Notes under the pieces: generated by a model
Told to the model about the DNA's origin: nothing
Database searches by the model: none
The model's input: only the letters and a program-made list of their open reading frames with translations
Position numbers and translations under genes: made by a program
Shown: one piece after another, positions 9,536 through 20,261 of the stretch
How positions within the stretch are numbered: position 1 is the first letter of the stretch
How the letters are laid out: every line of letters starts with the position of its first letter
DNA from: a virus
Length of the DNA stretch: 64,000 nt
Direction: 5' to 3' (one strand)
IMG/VR virus record: IMGVR_UViG_3300025280_000026
Span: 19,588-83,587 of that record

Positions 9536-11293
9536 ATGTCTGTTTTGCAAAAGTTGACTGAAGGTCTTGTTAAACGTGATCTCCAGAAGGAAGGTGCTGC
9601 TCTCATGGATAAATGGGAAGCCACAGGTCTTCTTGAGGGTCTTAACAGTGACCACAATAAAAATACAATGGCTCGCTTGCTTGAAAACCAAGCTTCTGAG
9701 CTACTTAGAGAGGCCAGCTCAATGGCAGCTGGTGACGTCGAAGGTTTTGCTTCCGTAGCATTCCCTATCGTTCGTCGTGTCTTTGGCGGTCTTATCGCCA
9801 ATGATCTTGTTTCCGTCCAACCGATGAGCTTGCCTTCGGGCCTCATCTTCTTCATGGACTTCACATACAACGATGGCCGACTCGGCGTCGACTCTGGAGA
9901 TTCCCTCTACGGTGGAGGCGTTGTTGGTAAAAACATCATCAGCGGTACATCGGATATCACTGAAGCAGGCGGCGGGTTCTATAACCTTGCCAACCACTAT
10001 TCTTCGGTTACCGCTTCCGCCGACGTCACCGTGAGCGCTCACGCAACGTCGGGCGACGTCCCGGGCGCTACAGGTGTGGATGTTTCTGCATTCACCGAAG
10101 CCCATAAGAAAGATGTACGTTTTGATGCGGATTTGCTGGCCAACACATCTTACAATGTGCGCCATTACACCATCGATGCTGACGAAGATCTCGAAGGTCT
10201 TAATCATGATGCTCTCGGAGCTATTAATTGGACTAATTTGGGCGACACAACTAATGATAGTGTTGTTCGTCGTTTGACCAAATACGTTCGTAGCACAGGC
10301 CTGGTTCACCTCTATGTCCAAGCTACTGACGGCGCCGGGACCGACGATGCCGGAGGTTCTAAAACAATTGTTTATCCAGTTAAGGATACTTTTAACAAAA
10401 GCAACCTTGGTGCTGTTGTTGGTTCAACCCCGTGGGGACTTGAAGCTGCTGATAATAGCTTCCGTCAATCTGACAACGTTGACTGGGATCAAAATAGTGG
10501 CGCCGGCGACAAGAACAGGATTCCTGAGATTGACATCAAGGTCGACAGCGTGTCTGTCACCGCGATGACCAAAAAGCTCAAGGCCAAATGGACGCCTGAG
10601 CTTGGGCAAGATCTCAATGCTTACCACAACCTCGACGCGGAAGTTGAGCTTACCTCGATTCTTTCTGAGCAGATTGCTCTTGAAATCGATCGTGAGATTC
10701 TCAACGACCTCGTTCAAGGTGCAACCGCTGGTACGTATTACTGGTCTCGTTCACCTGGTTTATTTGTCGATAAGACAGCTGGTACCGAGCTTGGTGCTAC
10801 TGCTGCTGCCCCGGATTTCACCGGTACAGTTAGTGAGTGGTATGAGACACTTGTTGAGACAGTCAACGATGTGTCGGCTCAAATTCACCGTAAGACTCTT
10901 CGCGGTGGAGCCAATTTCCTCGTGACTTCACCAGAGGTTGCCAATATTCTTGAGTTTACTTCTGGTTTCCGCGCTAGTGTTACAGCTGATGCCGATCGTG
11001 GTGTCGTAGGTGCGGTTAAGACAGGTGCGCTTAGTAAGAAATGGGACGTTTACGTCGATCCTTACTTCCCGCGTAATCTTGTTCTTGTTGGTCGCAAGGG
11101 AGGAAGCTTCCTTGAGAGCGGTTATGTATACGCTCCTTACGTGCCCCTGCAAGTCACGCCTACCATCTTTGGTACGGAAGACTTCACGCCACGCAAGGGT
11201 GTGATGACCCGCTACGCAAAGCAGATGGTCCGTCCTGATATGTACGGTCTCGTCGTGGTTCGCGGATTACTTGGTGAGTCTGGCGCAAGCTAG
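9536..11293 (+). CDS. Major capsid protein (T4 gp23-like)
   Basis: Motifs VSVQPMSLPSGLIF, KLKAKWTPELGQDLNAYH, EIDREI, YAPYVPL and PRKGVMTRY; high-expression codon bias. Confidence 0.97.
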   Translation: MSVLQKLTEGLVKRDLQKEGAALMDKWEATGLLEGLNSDHNKNTMARLLENQASELLREASSMAAGDVEGFASVAFPIVRRVFGGLIANDLVSVQPMSLPSGLIFFMDFTYNDGRLGVDSGDSLYGGGVVGKNIISGTSDITEAGGGFYNLANHYSSVTASADVTVSAHATSGDVPGATGVDVSAFTEAHKKDVRFDADLLANTSYNVRHYTIDADEDLEGLNHDALGAINWTNLGDTTNDSVVRRLTKYVRSTGLVHLYVQATDGAGTDDAGGSKTIVYPVKDTFNKSNLGAVVGSTPWGLEAADNSFRQSDNVDWDQNSGAGDKNRIPEIDIKVDSVSVTAMTKKLKAKWTPELGQDLNAYHNLDAEVELTSILSEQIALEIDREILNDLVQGATAGTYYWSRSPGLFVDKTAGTELGATAAAPDFTGTVSEWYETLVETVNDVSAQIHRKTLRGGANFLVTSPEVANILEFTSGFRASVTADADRGVVGAVKTGALSKKWDVYVDPYFPRNLVLVGRKGGSFLESGYVYAPYVPLQVTPTIFGTEDFTPRKGVMTRYAKQMVRPDMYGLVVVRGLLGESGAS

Positions 11294-11312
11294 TCATTAA
11301 GTGACACATATT

Positions 11313-11341
11313 AAGCCCCACCTTCGGGTGGGGCTTTTTTT
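11313..11341 (+). terminator. Rho-independent terminator after the capsid gene
   Basis: AAGCCCCACC-TTCG-GGTGGGGCTT followed by a T run. Confidence 0.9.
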
Positions 11342-11423
11342 GATTTAATTGGATTTAACAAATCCAACAAACTATTTACTACTGATTGATAAGGCAGAAA
11401 GCCCTTTAAAAGGAGAAACGAAC

Positions 11424-11855
11424 ATGAGTAAATTAGGAAGATATTCAGCAGACAGAAAAAAGGTACAAAGTCTAACTGCGGCTTATACCGTTACAAAAGC
11501 CGATTGCGGAACAATTTTTGTGCTTAACCTTGCAGCTGGTTTTACCGTCACTTTACCGACCGTCGCTGACGCCGGCAAAGGCTGGTGGTGTAAGTTTATT
11601 GTTGGCACCAATTGCTCAAGCGGTAATTATATTATCACGGAAGCTACCGCAACTGATACTAACGTATTAGTCACACAAATTAATGAGCTGGAAACCGATA
11701 CCAACGACGACGGACCCAGTAGCACGGGTCATACGACTATTACTTTGCCCAACGCCACTGACACTGTGGGTGATATGATAGAGGTTGTTTGTGATGGAAG
11801 TAATTTTTACTGCCACGGACAGACCGCTCTCGATGGCGGCGCTGCCCTAGCTTAA
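11424..11855 (+). CDS. Putative capsid decoration or fiber protein
   Basis: AGGAG Shine-Dalgarno with ATG 11424; FTVTLP beta motifs; late motif at 11371. Confidence 0.65.
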   Translation: MSKLGRYSADRKKVQSLTAAYTVTKADCGTIFVLNLAAGFTVTLPTVADAGKGWWCKFIVGTNCSSGNYIITEATATDTNVLVTQINELETDTNDDGPSSTGHTTITLPNATDTVGDMIEVVCDGSNFYCHGQTALDGGAALA

Positions 11856-11884
11856 TAGATAATAAAGACCTTATCAAAAACATC

Positions 11885-11918
11885 AAGCCTCGTGTTCTTA
11901 TTGAACATGGGGTTTTTT
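11885..11918 (+). terminator. Probable terminator
   Basis: AAGCCTCGTGTTC-TTATT-GAACATGGGGTTT followed by a T tail. Confidence 0.6.
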
Positions 11919-11958
11919 GTTGTGTTATACTATTTATTATCAACCAAGGAGGCCTAAA

Positions 11959-12348
11959 ATGGGCAAACGTAGAAGAAGACTTCATAGTCCAAAATACGCT
12001 AAGAAATACGCCAAGGTAAGAGAAACTTATAATCGTTTAAGAGGCGTTGTAACAGCTGCAGAAGCTGATGGTGTAGTGACACCCGAAGAAGTAAAAGTAA
12101 TTGAAGAAGTTAAACAGGAAGTTGTTGAAGCAGTAGCAGAAATTAAAGCCGAACCAGTCGTTGAAGTCAAACCAAAACCAGTTGTTGAAGTCAAACCAAA
12201 ACCAGTTGTTGAAGTCAAACCAAAACCAGTTGTTCAGGCCCCTAAAAAATCTTTATTCTCAAGAACAACAAAAAAAGCGTCTGCAAGAAAAGCACCCGCA
12301 AGAAAAAAAGCTGCAAAAGTAACTAAGAAGTCTTCCATTAAGGAATGA
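11959..12348 (+). CDS. Basic protein with PVVEVKPK repeats and a histone H1-like KKA tail
   Basis: AGGAGG Shine-Dalgarno with ATG 11959; Arg/Lys-rich termini. Confidence 0.7.
   Translation: MGKRRRRLHSPKYAKKYAKVRETYNRLRGVVTAAEADGVVTPEEVKVIEEVKQEVVEAVAEIKAEPVVEVKPKPVVEVKPKPVVEVKPKPVVQAPKKSLFSRTTKKASARKAPARKKAAKVTKKSSIKE
12152..12234 (+). repeat. 24-bp coding tandem repeat, about 3.5 copies
   Basis: Unit AACCAGTYGTTGAAGTCAAACCAA. Confidence 0.9.
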
Positions 12349-12400
12349 TATGGGTTTTCCCTTCATGAGAACTAATTACTCTTGATAGGAGAACTTATGA

Positions 12401-13699
12401 ATGGCTGTACCTACTTTAACACCGAAAAGACAATCAAGCGCAGTGATTTTGCCATCAACAGGGACGATTGATGACGCAAAAACTTCAACGAACTATGCCT
12501 TTGGTATTTATTCTATAGTTGGCCAACCCCTGTATGATGATAATTTTGTCCATGGCGCCGTCGATCAAATATCCTATACCTATAAAAAACTTGGTGGCGA
12601 TGTACTTGATATTGAATTAACACCAGGCAATATTTATACAGCATATGAAGAAGCTGTACTAGAATATTCTTATATTGTTAATATTCATCAAGCCAAAAAT
12701 GCTTTGCCAAGTATGCTGGGCGCTACAACTGGTACTTTCGACCATGACGGCAATCTTTCTGGAGAGGACGGGAGTGCTTTACTTGCTAGTTTAGATGGAA
12801 AAAGAATAGAACTATCTTATCCAAAGTATAAATTTACTTATTGGAAAAGAGTTTCAGAGGGTTTTTCTACAGAAGCCAACATTGGCGGAACAGAAACAAT
12901 TAGATCTGCTTCTTTCTCTGTCTCAACTGATGTACAAGATTACGATTTACAATCCATTTTAACAGGAACTCTTGGAGGAGCCGGCGAATTATTAGAAAAA
13001 AACAAAAAAGTTTCAATTAAGAGAGTTTTTTACAAGACACCTCATGCTATGTGGAGATTCTATGGTTATTACGGTGGGATCAACACGATTGGAAATTTGT
13101 CGACATATGGAATGTATTCAGATGATTCCACATTTGAAGTAATCCCCGCGTGGCAAAATAAATTACAGGCCATGGCCTATGAGGATGCAATTTATACTAG
13201 AAATTCTCATTATTCTTACGAGATTAAAAACAACAAGTTAAGAATATTTCCAGCCCCGGTTGGAAACTCAGCGAGCAAATTTTGGTTTGAATATGTCGTC
13301 CAAACAGATCCTTGGGATGAGGACGCCTCATCTGGAGGAAAAGCAAATACCGATGGTGTTAACAACATGAACACGCTTCCCTTTTCCAACATTCCTTATA
13401 AAAATATTAACTCTATTGGCAAGCAGTGGATCCGCAGGTTCGCCCTATCTCTCACAAAAGGCATGCTTGGTCAAGTGAGAGGCAAATTTGCTTCGATACC
13501 CATACCAGGAAACGACCTCACGCTCAATGCTAGTGAATTATTATCCCAAGCACAAAATGAACAACAGGTTCTTAGAGAAGAATTGAAAACAACGCTCGAT
13601 GAACTGACATACAAACAAATAGTCAGTGATCAAGCAACTATGTCAAATCAAGTTACCGAAACAAATAAACATATACCGATGGGTATATATCATGGCTAA
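12401..13699 (+). CDS. Neck/head-tail adaptor protein (gp13-like)
   Basis: LGGDVLDIELT N-terminal motif and WIRRFAL...LGQVRGKF...IPG..LTLN C-terminal motif; gene position. Confidence 0.75.
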   Translation: MAVPTLTPKRQSSAVILPSTGTIDDAKTSTNYAFGIYSIVGQPLYDDNFVHGAVDQISYTYKKLGGDVLDIELTPGNIYTAYEEAVLEYSYIVNIHQAKNALPSMLGATTGTFDHDGNLSGEDGSALLASLDGKRIELSYPKYKFTYWKRVSEGFSTEANIGGTETIRSASFSVSTDVQDYDLQSILTGTLGGAGELLEKNKKVSIKRVFYKTPHAMWRFYGYYGGINTIGNLSTYGMYSDDSTFEVIPAWQNKLQAMAYEDAIYTRNSHYSYEIKNNKLRIFPAPVGNSASKFWFEYVVQTDPWDEDASSGGKANTDGVNNMNTLPFSNIPYKNINSIGKQWIRRFALSLTKGMLGQVRGKFASIPIPGNDLTLNASELLSQAQNEQQVLREELKTTLDELTYKQIVSDQATMSNQVTETNKHIPMGIYHG

Positions 13700-13712
13700 A
13701 AGGAGAGTGTAA

Positions 13713-14204
13713 ATGGCTACCGATAATAAATGGAAGCAGCCAAAGTCGCCTCCACCACCCTTGTTTGCCGGTGAAAAAGAACGCGACTTGGTTAAACAAG
13801 TTAATGATGAATTGATAGAGCGTGTCATCGGCCAACAAATATTATATTATCCGATTGATATGGAAACAACAAATTTTCACCCTCTTTATGGCGAAGCACT
13901 TAGCAAAAGCTTTTTGCCGCCAATAAGAGTTCATGCTTTAATTGATTTTGAAGGGTTCCAAACTACAACAGAAACTTATGGGTTAGATAAAGATGCCAGT
14001 ATAACTGTACATTTTCACAAACGCCGACTAACCGAAGACCAAAATCTATATGTCCGTGAAGGCGATTTTGTTCTCTATGGACAACAATATTATAAAATTG
14101 TTTCGCTGGCGGAACCAAGAGAATTATTTGGTCAAGCAGACAAAAGAGTAGAAATTTCAGCCAAATGTATTAAGGTAAGGGAGGGAATGTTCGATGCCAA
14201 CTAA
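13713..14204 (+). CDS. Head closure/neck protein (gp14-like)
   Basis: HPLYGE and REGDFV motifs; gene position. Confidence 0.65.
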   Translation: MATDNKWKQPKSPPPPLFAGEKERDLVKQVNDELIERVIGQQILYYPIDMETTNFHPLYGEALSKSFLPPIRVHALIDFEGFQTTTETYGLDKDASITVHFHKRRLTEDQNLYVREGDFVLYGQQYYKIVSLAEPRELFGQADKRVEISAKCIKVREGMFDAN

Positions 14205-15072
14205 TGAAGCTGAAATACCTTTTGGACCATCAACTATCGAGACAATAGATTATGCGGTATTTAATTGGGTTAACGATCTACTAGATATTCATTCTGAAAC
14301 AAACAAAGGTTTCAAAAAAGTACCGGTGATCTGGGTCTCGGCTGAAAGATCATTTCAAATAAAAAATGATATTGATTTACGGGAAAAAACAGGTGTTTTC
14401 TCTTTCCCGGTGATCACACTAGAAAGAACAAATATGGTTAAATCTTTGAATTCCAAAGGCGCCATCTATGGAAATGTCTATCCAGTTGATGATAATAAAG
14501 GCGGATCAATAGCCATAACAAAACAGATTAATCAATATAAAAGCAGCAATTTTATCAATGCCGATTCTGGCCGAAGTACATCAGATCCATATCATAAATC
14601 AAGAAGAACGGGTGTTAGATACGCTATTAAAACAGAACAAAAACCAAAAATTGTGTATGAGACAATAACAATTCCCATTCCAGTTTATGTTAACGTATCT
14701 TATACTATTGGTATAAAAGCAGAATACCAACAACAATTTAATGAAATTATAACTCCTTTTATGACCCGACCTTCTGGTTTAAATTATGTATCCTTGAACC
14801 ACGAAAGACACGTTTTCGAGGGCTTCTTAGGAGAAAATTTTTCACAAACAAGCAATGCTGGCGCCCTCGCCGAAGAAGAAAGAAGATATGAAAGCAATGT
14901 TGATTTTAGAGTGCTTGGGTACCTCATTGGAGACGACAAGAATCAAATAACGCCGAGAGTAGTCCGAAGACAAAACTTTGTGGATGTTAAGATCCCTCGG
15001 GAACATGTGATTCTTGGTGACATTCCAGAACACACCGGGTCTCTGAGCAGCGAACCTTTCTACAGAGAATAA
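14194..15072 (+). CDS. Tail terminator/sheath stabilizer (gp15-like)
   Basis: VPVIW, FPVITLER and PVYVNVSY motifs; lies upstream of the sheath. Confidence 0.6.
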   Translation: MPTNEAEIPFGPSTIETIDYAVFNWVNDLLDIHSETNKGFKKVPVIWVSAERSFQIKNDIDLREKTGVFSFPVITLERTNMVKSLNSKGAIYGNVYPVDDNKGGSIAITKQINQYKSSNFINADSGRSTSDPYHKSRRTGVRYAIKTEQKPKIVYETITIPIPVYVNVSYTIGIKAEYQQQFNEIITPFMTRPSGLNYVSLNHERHVFEGFLGENFSQTSNAGALAEEERRYESNVDFRVLGYLIGDDKNQITPRVVRRQNFVDVKIPREHVILGDIPEHTGSLSSEPFYRE

Positions 15073-15182
15073 GATTGCTAAAAGATGGAGTTTTGAGTTT
15101 AAAATTACTATTTATTAAAGAAGTTAGTATTAATCTAAACTCTATTGAAACACCAAGTTTCGCATAAATAGGAGAAAAATCC

Positions 15183-18100
15183 ATGGCTGAGAAAAAGTTT
15201 AAATTCGTATCTCCAGGAATCTTTGTCGACGAAATCGATGATTCTGGTATACCAAATTCAGGTGGAGACATTGGACCTGTCATTGTCGGCAGATCCACAA
15301 GGGGCCCGGGCATGCGCCCAACAAGAATCGAATCTTTTTCTGAATTCGTTCAAACATTTGGTGCACCCACACCAGGCAATGATACAGAAAAAGATGTTTG
15401 GAGAAGCAATAACCCCGCTGGCCCAACATACGCCGCTTACGGCGCTCAAGCGTGGCTAAAAAATAACAGACCTCTTACTTTCGTGCGATTAATGGGAGAA
15501 GAACACCCCTCGGCTGCAACTGCGGGGAAAGCCGGATTTAAAACAACCAATACGTTCAACAACACTAATTCTAGCAATGGTGGAGCTTACGGTCTTTTCT
15601 TAATTAATTCGTCTTCGATTCAAGGCGATCAACAAAGCTCGCCAGGAAATTTCCCAACTGGTACATTAGCTGCCATATGGTATTTGCAAGCCGGCGCCAT
15701 GGCCCTTACTGGTAATGTACCAGTCGGAGCGCTTGGAGGTGACGATGATGTCATCGCCACTGTAGCGCACTCCAGCCCAACAGCTTCTGTCGGTGGTTTT
15801 ATTCAAAATGCAGCGTCTAATGAGTGGACAATTATTCTTAATGACGGCACCGACACCGACGCCGGCGCGGGCACCTGTACAGGTAAGAAATATACTTTTA
15901 ACTTTGACAGAAACAGCTCAAAGTTTATTCGAACCGTCTTTAACACAAATCCAGTCCTAACTAATTCAAACATCGCTAGCACACAGCAAAAATACTGGCT
16001 TGGTGAAACTTTCGAAGGATCCGTCGCTAAATATATTACAAGCGGCTCTGGCGCCGGGACAGTGTTTGGTTTCATCGCAGGATTGGGTACATCCGATACT
16101 GTAGGACACCATCACCGACAAATGCCGGCACAGCCTTCAAAAACTGGTTGGTTTATCTCCCAGGATTCTAGAGCAACATACACTGATTACACGGCAGATG
16201 GCACGACTTATGTAAAGCAATTATTCAGGTTTGTTTCCCTTGACGATGGCGAATGGTCGCAGAGCAACCTTAAAATTTCTATTGCAGATATCAAAGCACC
16301 TAGAAACAGCTATGAAAAATATGGTTCTTTTAGCGTTCTCGTCCGCGATATTCGAGATTCTGACAACGCTCCTGGTATTGTTGAAAAATTCACCAATCTC
16401 AACTTAAATCCTTCTTCCGAAAACTTTATCTCTAAAAGAATCGGTGATCAACATTTGGTTTGGGATAGTGAACTTAGTGTTCCTGGTGGTGTCGCTCGCT
16501 ACAAAATGCGTGGCGATTATCCGAATGTCTCTAGATTCTTTAGAGTTGAGCTTAATGATGAAGTTAAGCTTGGATTAGACACCCCAGAGCTTCTTCCATT
16601 TGGAGTGAGAGGGCCAATGCGCTATAAAGGCTGGTCCTTTAAAGGCCGCGACATACAGGCTTACCAAATTAATCAAAAAACTTCTGTCGCTGCCGCGGCA
16701 GCCTCGGTAGTATTTCAATTTTCTGATAACTCCAGCGATGAGACTACATTTACATTTACAGATGCACTAGGGACGTCAGCAACGTTTGAAGTTGATCGTG
16801 TCGCCGCTGACGGCGCCTCAGTCGCTGGCGCCATCGCCATGTCAGGCTATGCAAACAGCGGAACAGGGCTTGCAACCGCGCTTGAAACCGCGCTTGATGC
16901 ATCTGATCTGCGAATTGATACAACCCGATCAACCGCAAAATTGACCCTTACAATGCAAGACGCCGGCGCCTCTGGTAATACACCGATCGTAACTGCTGGT
17001 GGGGTTGTTAATGTTGATGACTCCTCGCAAGGAGACGCTATGCCAACTCAATTCGAGGGTGGCTCTGACACCATGGGCCCAGCACACACGGCTGCTACTT
17101 TATTCCTTGAAACCGATCCGGGAGTAGTACCTTATAAGCATGGTATACATAAAGGTGATGTCGACGGCGCCGGTAACGCCTGTGCTCCACATGCTGCTGG
17201 AAAGAATCCAATTGCACCACATAGTATCCCTGCTCACAGTGCTTCCGCAGCAGCCTATTCGGCTGTGCCAAGACAAGCGCTATCTGGAGCTTTCGTATTC
17301 CCAACAATTTCTATGAGGTCTTCTTCATTAGATGGTAACTTAAAAGATAGAACGGATGCATTCTTCGGCGCAACCTTTAATCGCCTTGGCGAAGCAACAA
17401 AGTCTAATCTTTTTGATGAAAGCTCGATTGATGTTGTCCGAGCCCTCGCTGCGACTTATTCTAAAAACTCGTGGGATCCCCCCGCAGAAGCTACTGCAGT
17501 TGAACACGCTTGGACATTTACTTTGGACGACCTTCAGAAAGCAACGTCGTCCGATTTCCTTGCAGCTGCATATGTTTCTGGCTCTAGAGTAAGTGGAGAA
17601 TCATTTACGGCAGCTTCTGGTTCTTACCGTGAAGTTCTAAATAATGGATATGATAGATTCACAGCAGCTCTTTATGGTGGATTTAATGGCCTAGATGTAA
17701 CGGAAGCCGAACCTTTTGGGAACCATAGATTAGATGATAGCACAAATGTAAAAGAGAATTACAGCTATTACTCAGTGAAAAAAGCAATTGATGCAATTGC
17801 CGATTCCGAATCAGCTGAAATGGATCTCTTGGTTGCACCTGGCATCACAAATCCAAGCATTACAGAACACATGATTAACGTGTGCGAGAATAGAGGAGAC
17901 GCCTTAGCTATTATCGATATTGAAAGCGATTACATACCTCGTTATGAGAGTAATTCTGCAGAGGCTAGCCGAATCGGTACAGTCGTTTCTGCTGTCAACA
18001 CCTTTAAAGATAGAGGGCTTAACTCTAGTTACGGATGCGCTTTTTATCCATGGGTACAAGTCAGAGACTCAGCATCAGAAACTTTCCCAGGCAAACTAGT

Positions 18101-18683
18101 TTGGATGCCACCTTCGGTCGCTGCCTTGGGCACATTCTCAAGCACACAGCGAAACGCCGAGTTATGGTTTGCTCCTGCAGGCTTCAACCGAGGAGGTCTC
18201 TCTGAAGGTGTGTCTGGTCTAAATGTTGTTAACGTGCGACAAAGGTTAACTTCTGTCGATCGTGACAGGCTCTATGGCGCGAATATCAACCCCATCGCGA
18301 AATTCCCATCGGAGGGCATCGTGGTCTTTGGCCAAAAAACGCTTCAGGTCACTCCTTCCGCATTAGATAGAATCAATGTTAGGAGACTGCTCATTTTCCT
18401 TAAAAAGAGAATTTCTAGAATTTCTGCTAGCATTTTGTTTGAACCCAATGTGCAAACAACGTGGGATCGATTTTTGGGTAGAGTAAATCCCTTGTTAGAA
18501 AGCGTGAAGGCACGATTTGGCTTGGTAGACTTTAAAGTTGTTTTGGATTCCAGCACGACTACAGATGATCTTATTGATCAAAATATCCTTTATGCTAAAG
18601 TTTTCTTGAAGCCGACTAAGGCTATTGAGTTTATCGCACTAGATTTTGTAATTACAAATACCGGTGCGTCATTCGAGGATTAA
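15183..18683 (+). CDS. Contractile tail sheath protein, 1166 aa, with inserted domains
   Basis: FVSPGIFVDEID N-terminus; WFAPAGFNRG, INPI, GQKTLQ, ALDRINVRRL and KAIEFIALDF. Confidence 0.95.
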   Translation: MAEKKFKFVSPGIFVDEIDDSGIPNSGGDIGPVIVGRSTRGPGMRPTRIESFSEFVQTFGAPTPGNDTEKDVWRSNNPAGPTYAAYGAQAWLKNNRPLTFVRLMGEEHPSAATAGKAGFKTTNTFNNTNSSNGGAYGLFLINSSSIQGDQQSSPGNFPTGTLAAIWYLQAGAMALTGNVPVGALGGDDDVIATVAHSSPTASVGGFIQNAASNEWTIILNDGTDTDAGAGTCTGKKYTFNFDRNSSKFIRTVFNTNPVLTNSNIASTQQKYWLGETFEGSVAKYITSGSGAGTVFGFIAGLGTSDTVGHHHRQMPAQPSKTGWFISQDSRATYTDYTADGTTYVKQLFRFVSLDDGEWSQSNLKISIADIKAPRNSYEKYGSFSVLVRDIRDSDNAPGIVEKFTNLNLNPSSENFISKRIGDQHLVWDSELSVPGGVARYKMRGDYPNVSRFFRVELNDEVKLGLDTPELLPFGVRGPMRYKGWSFKGRDIQAYQINQKTSVAAAAASVVFQFSDNSSDETTFTFTDALGTSATFEVDRVAADGASVAGAIAMSGYANSGTGLATALETALDASDLRIDTTRSTAKLTLTMQDAGASGNTPIVTAGGVVNVDDSSQGDAMPTQFEGGSDTMGPAHTAATLFLETDPGVVPYKHGIHKGDVDGAGNACAPHAAGKNPIAPHSIPAHSASAAAYSAVPRQALSGAFVFPTISMRSSSLDGNLKDRTDAFFGATFNRLGEATKSNLFDESSIDVVRALAATYSKNSWDPPAEATAVEHAWTFTLDDLQKATSSDFLAAAYVSGSRVSGESFTAASGSYREVLNNGYDRFTAALYGGFNGLDVTEAEPFGNHRLDDSTNVKENYSYYSVKKAIDAIADSESAEMDLLVAPGITNPSITEHMINVCENRGDALAIIDIESDYIPRYESNSAEASRIGTVVSAVNTFKDRGLNSSYGCAFYPWVQVRDSASETFPGKLVWMPPSVAALGTFSSTQRNAELWFAPAGFNRGGLSEGVSGLNVVNVRQRLTSVDRDRLYGANINPIAKFPSEGIVVFGQKTLQVTPSALDRINVRRLLIFLKKRISRISASILFEPNVQTTWDRFLGRVNPLLESVKARFGLVDFKVVLDSSTTTDDLIDQNILYAKVFLKPTKAIEFIALDFVITNTGASFED

Positions 18684-18691
18684 TAAAAAAT

Positions 18692-18715
18692 GGGGGTGAA
18701 ATATGTTTCACCCCC
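18692..18715. terminator. Strong hairpin between the sheath and tube genes, overlapping late motif CCTAATTA
   Basis: GGGGGTGAAA-TATG-TTTCACCCCC. Confidence 0.65.
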
Positions 18716-18752
18716 TAATTAAAAGTAGAACATTTTTTGGAGGATTAATACA

Positions 18753-19301
18753 ATGGCAACAGGATATTGGGCGGATCAAGGCATACAGCCGAAAAGACAA
18801 TATAAATGGATATTACAATTTAGTGAACTAGGCAGCCAAACCGGCCTTATGTCGCTACCACAATGGATTGTTAAAACCGCTAGCAAACCCTCTTTTACCA
18901 TTGGCGAATCCTCACATTCATTTATTAATCATACTTTCCATTTCCCTGGCAAGCTCACATGGTCAGCTGTTGATGTGACCATGGTTGATCCTATCTCTCC
19001 CAACGCCTCAGAGGCACTTATGGAGGCCATCAGGGCGTCTGGCTACGCTTACCCGAATGAAAACCAGGGTAACGAATCAGCTGGTGTTTCTTTTAGCAAG
19101 GAAGCCGCCGTTGGCACTTTGGGTGAAGTAAAACTGATCCAACTTGGTAATACAATGGCGGAACGAATTGAAGAATGGGTGCTACATAATGCTTGGATCA
19201 AAGATGTTAATTTTGGTAGCCTTTCATATGATACGGAAGAGTTAACCAACATTAGTTTAACTTTACGTTATGACTGGGCCCGATTTAATAAATTAAGTTA
19301 A
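18753..19301 (+). CDS. Tail tube protein (gp19-like)
   Basis: PKRQYKW, FPGKLTW, EEWVLHNAW, FGSLSY and LTLRYDWA; follows the sheath. Confidence 0.9.
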   Translation: MATGYWADQGIQPKRQYKWILQFSELGSQTGLMSLPQWIVKTASKPSFTIGESSHSFINHTFHFPGKLTWSAVDVTMVDPISPNASEALMEAIRASGYAYPNENQGNESAGVSFSKEAAVGTLGEVKLIQLGNTMAERIEEWVLHNAWIKDVNFGSLSYDTEELTNISLTLRYDWARFNKLS

Positions 19302-19310
19302 AATAAAACA

Positions 19311-19339
19311 TTAACGCTTTGTTAAGCTTATTGTATAAT
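19311..19339 (+). promoter_or_regulatory. Sigma70-like promoter
   Basis: TTAACG-N17-TATAAT upstream of the gp26-like gene. Confidence 0.5.
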
Positions 19340-19370
19340 CTATTCTAGAGTTAATTTATCGAGGTGAATA

Positions 19371-20261
19371 ATGTCTAGAAGAAATAACCGTGCCAGAGCA
19401 GGAAGCACAGAAAAAAAAGTTCCTGCTGATTCTTCTGTTGAGGCTACTCTAGCCTCACAAAGTGACGAGAGTGGTTCAAGTTTGCTGTCTTTCGTGACAC
19501 CAACAGAGTTTGTTCAGTTGCCTTCGAAGGGCAAATTTTACCCTTCAGAACATCCTTTACATAATAAAGATGTTGTTGAAATTAAGTACATGACTGCGAA
19601 ACACGAAGATATTCTGACTTCACAAACCTTGCTCAGGAAGGGAATCGCTATTGATCGGTTATTAGAAAGTCTTATTTTAGATAAAAGTATAAAATTAGAT
19701 AATTTGCTTATAGGAGATAAAAATGCAATTACAATAGCAGCCAGGAAAACCGGCTATGGAAGTGAATATGAAACTTCCATGGTATGCCCCGGCTGTGGCA
19801 TAAAACAAAATCATTCTTTTGATTTGGACGAGTTAAAACACAACTTTCCTTTTGAAGAAGAACTAGAAGAATTTAATATAGAATTAACTGCAAATAATAC
19901 ATTTTTAATTAATTTGCCCCAAACAAAAGTTGCTTTAGAAACTCGTTTGCTTAGTGACGCAGATGAGAGAGTATTGGAGAAGACAAGCAAAATGCGTAAA
20001 AAGCACGGTCTCGGCCGTGGAGAAATTACTTTAACCGATAGATTAAAAGCGGTTGTGTTAACAGCAGATGGAGAAACTAATAGAAATATTATAGAGGAAT
20101 TTATTGATAATATGCCAGCTCTTGATGCTAAATTTTTTAGAGCGGCGTATGCCGCGTTAACCCCAAATATCGAAATGAAACAAGAATATCGGTGTGATTC
20201 TTGTGGACACGAAGAGGAGGTAGATGTGCCCCTGTCGGCCGACTTTTTTTGGCCTGGGTGA
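19371..20261 (+). CDS. Baseplate hub/tail assembly chaperone (T4 gp26-like)
   Basis: LPSKGKFY, MTAKHEDIL, CPGC...CDSC zinc pairs and C-terminal DFFWP. Confidence 0.8.
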   Translation: MSRRNNRARAGSTEKKVPADSSVEATLASQSDESGSSLLSFVTPTEFVQLPSKGKFYPSEHPLHNKDVVEIKYMTAKHEDILTSQTLLRKGIAIDRLLESLILDKSIKLDNLLIGDKNAITIAARKTGYGSEYETSMVCPGCGIKQNHSFDLDELKHNFPFEEELEEFNIELTANNTFLINLPQTKVALETRLLSDADERVLEKTSKMRKKHGLGRGEITLTDRLKAVVLTADGETNRNIIEEFIDNMPALDAKFFRAAYAALTPNIEMKQEYRCDSCGHEEEVDVPLSADFFWPG

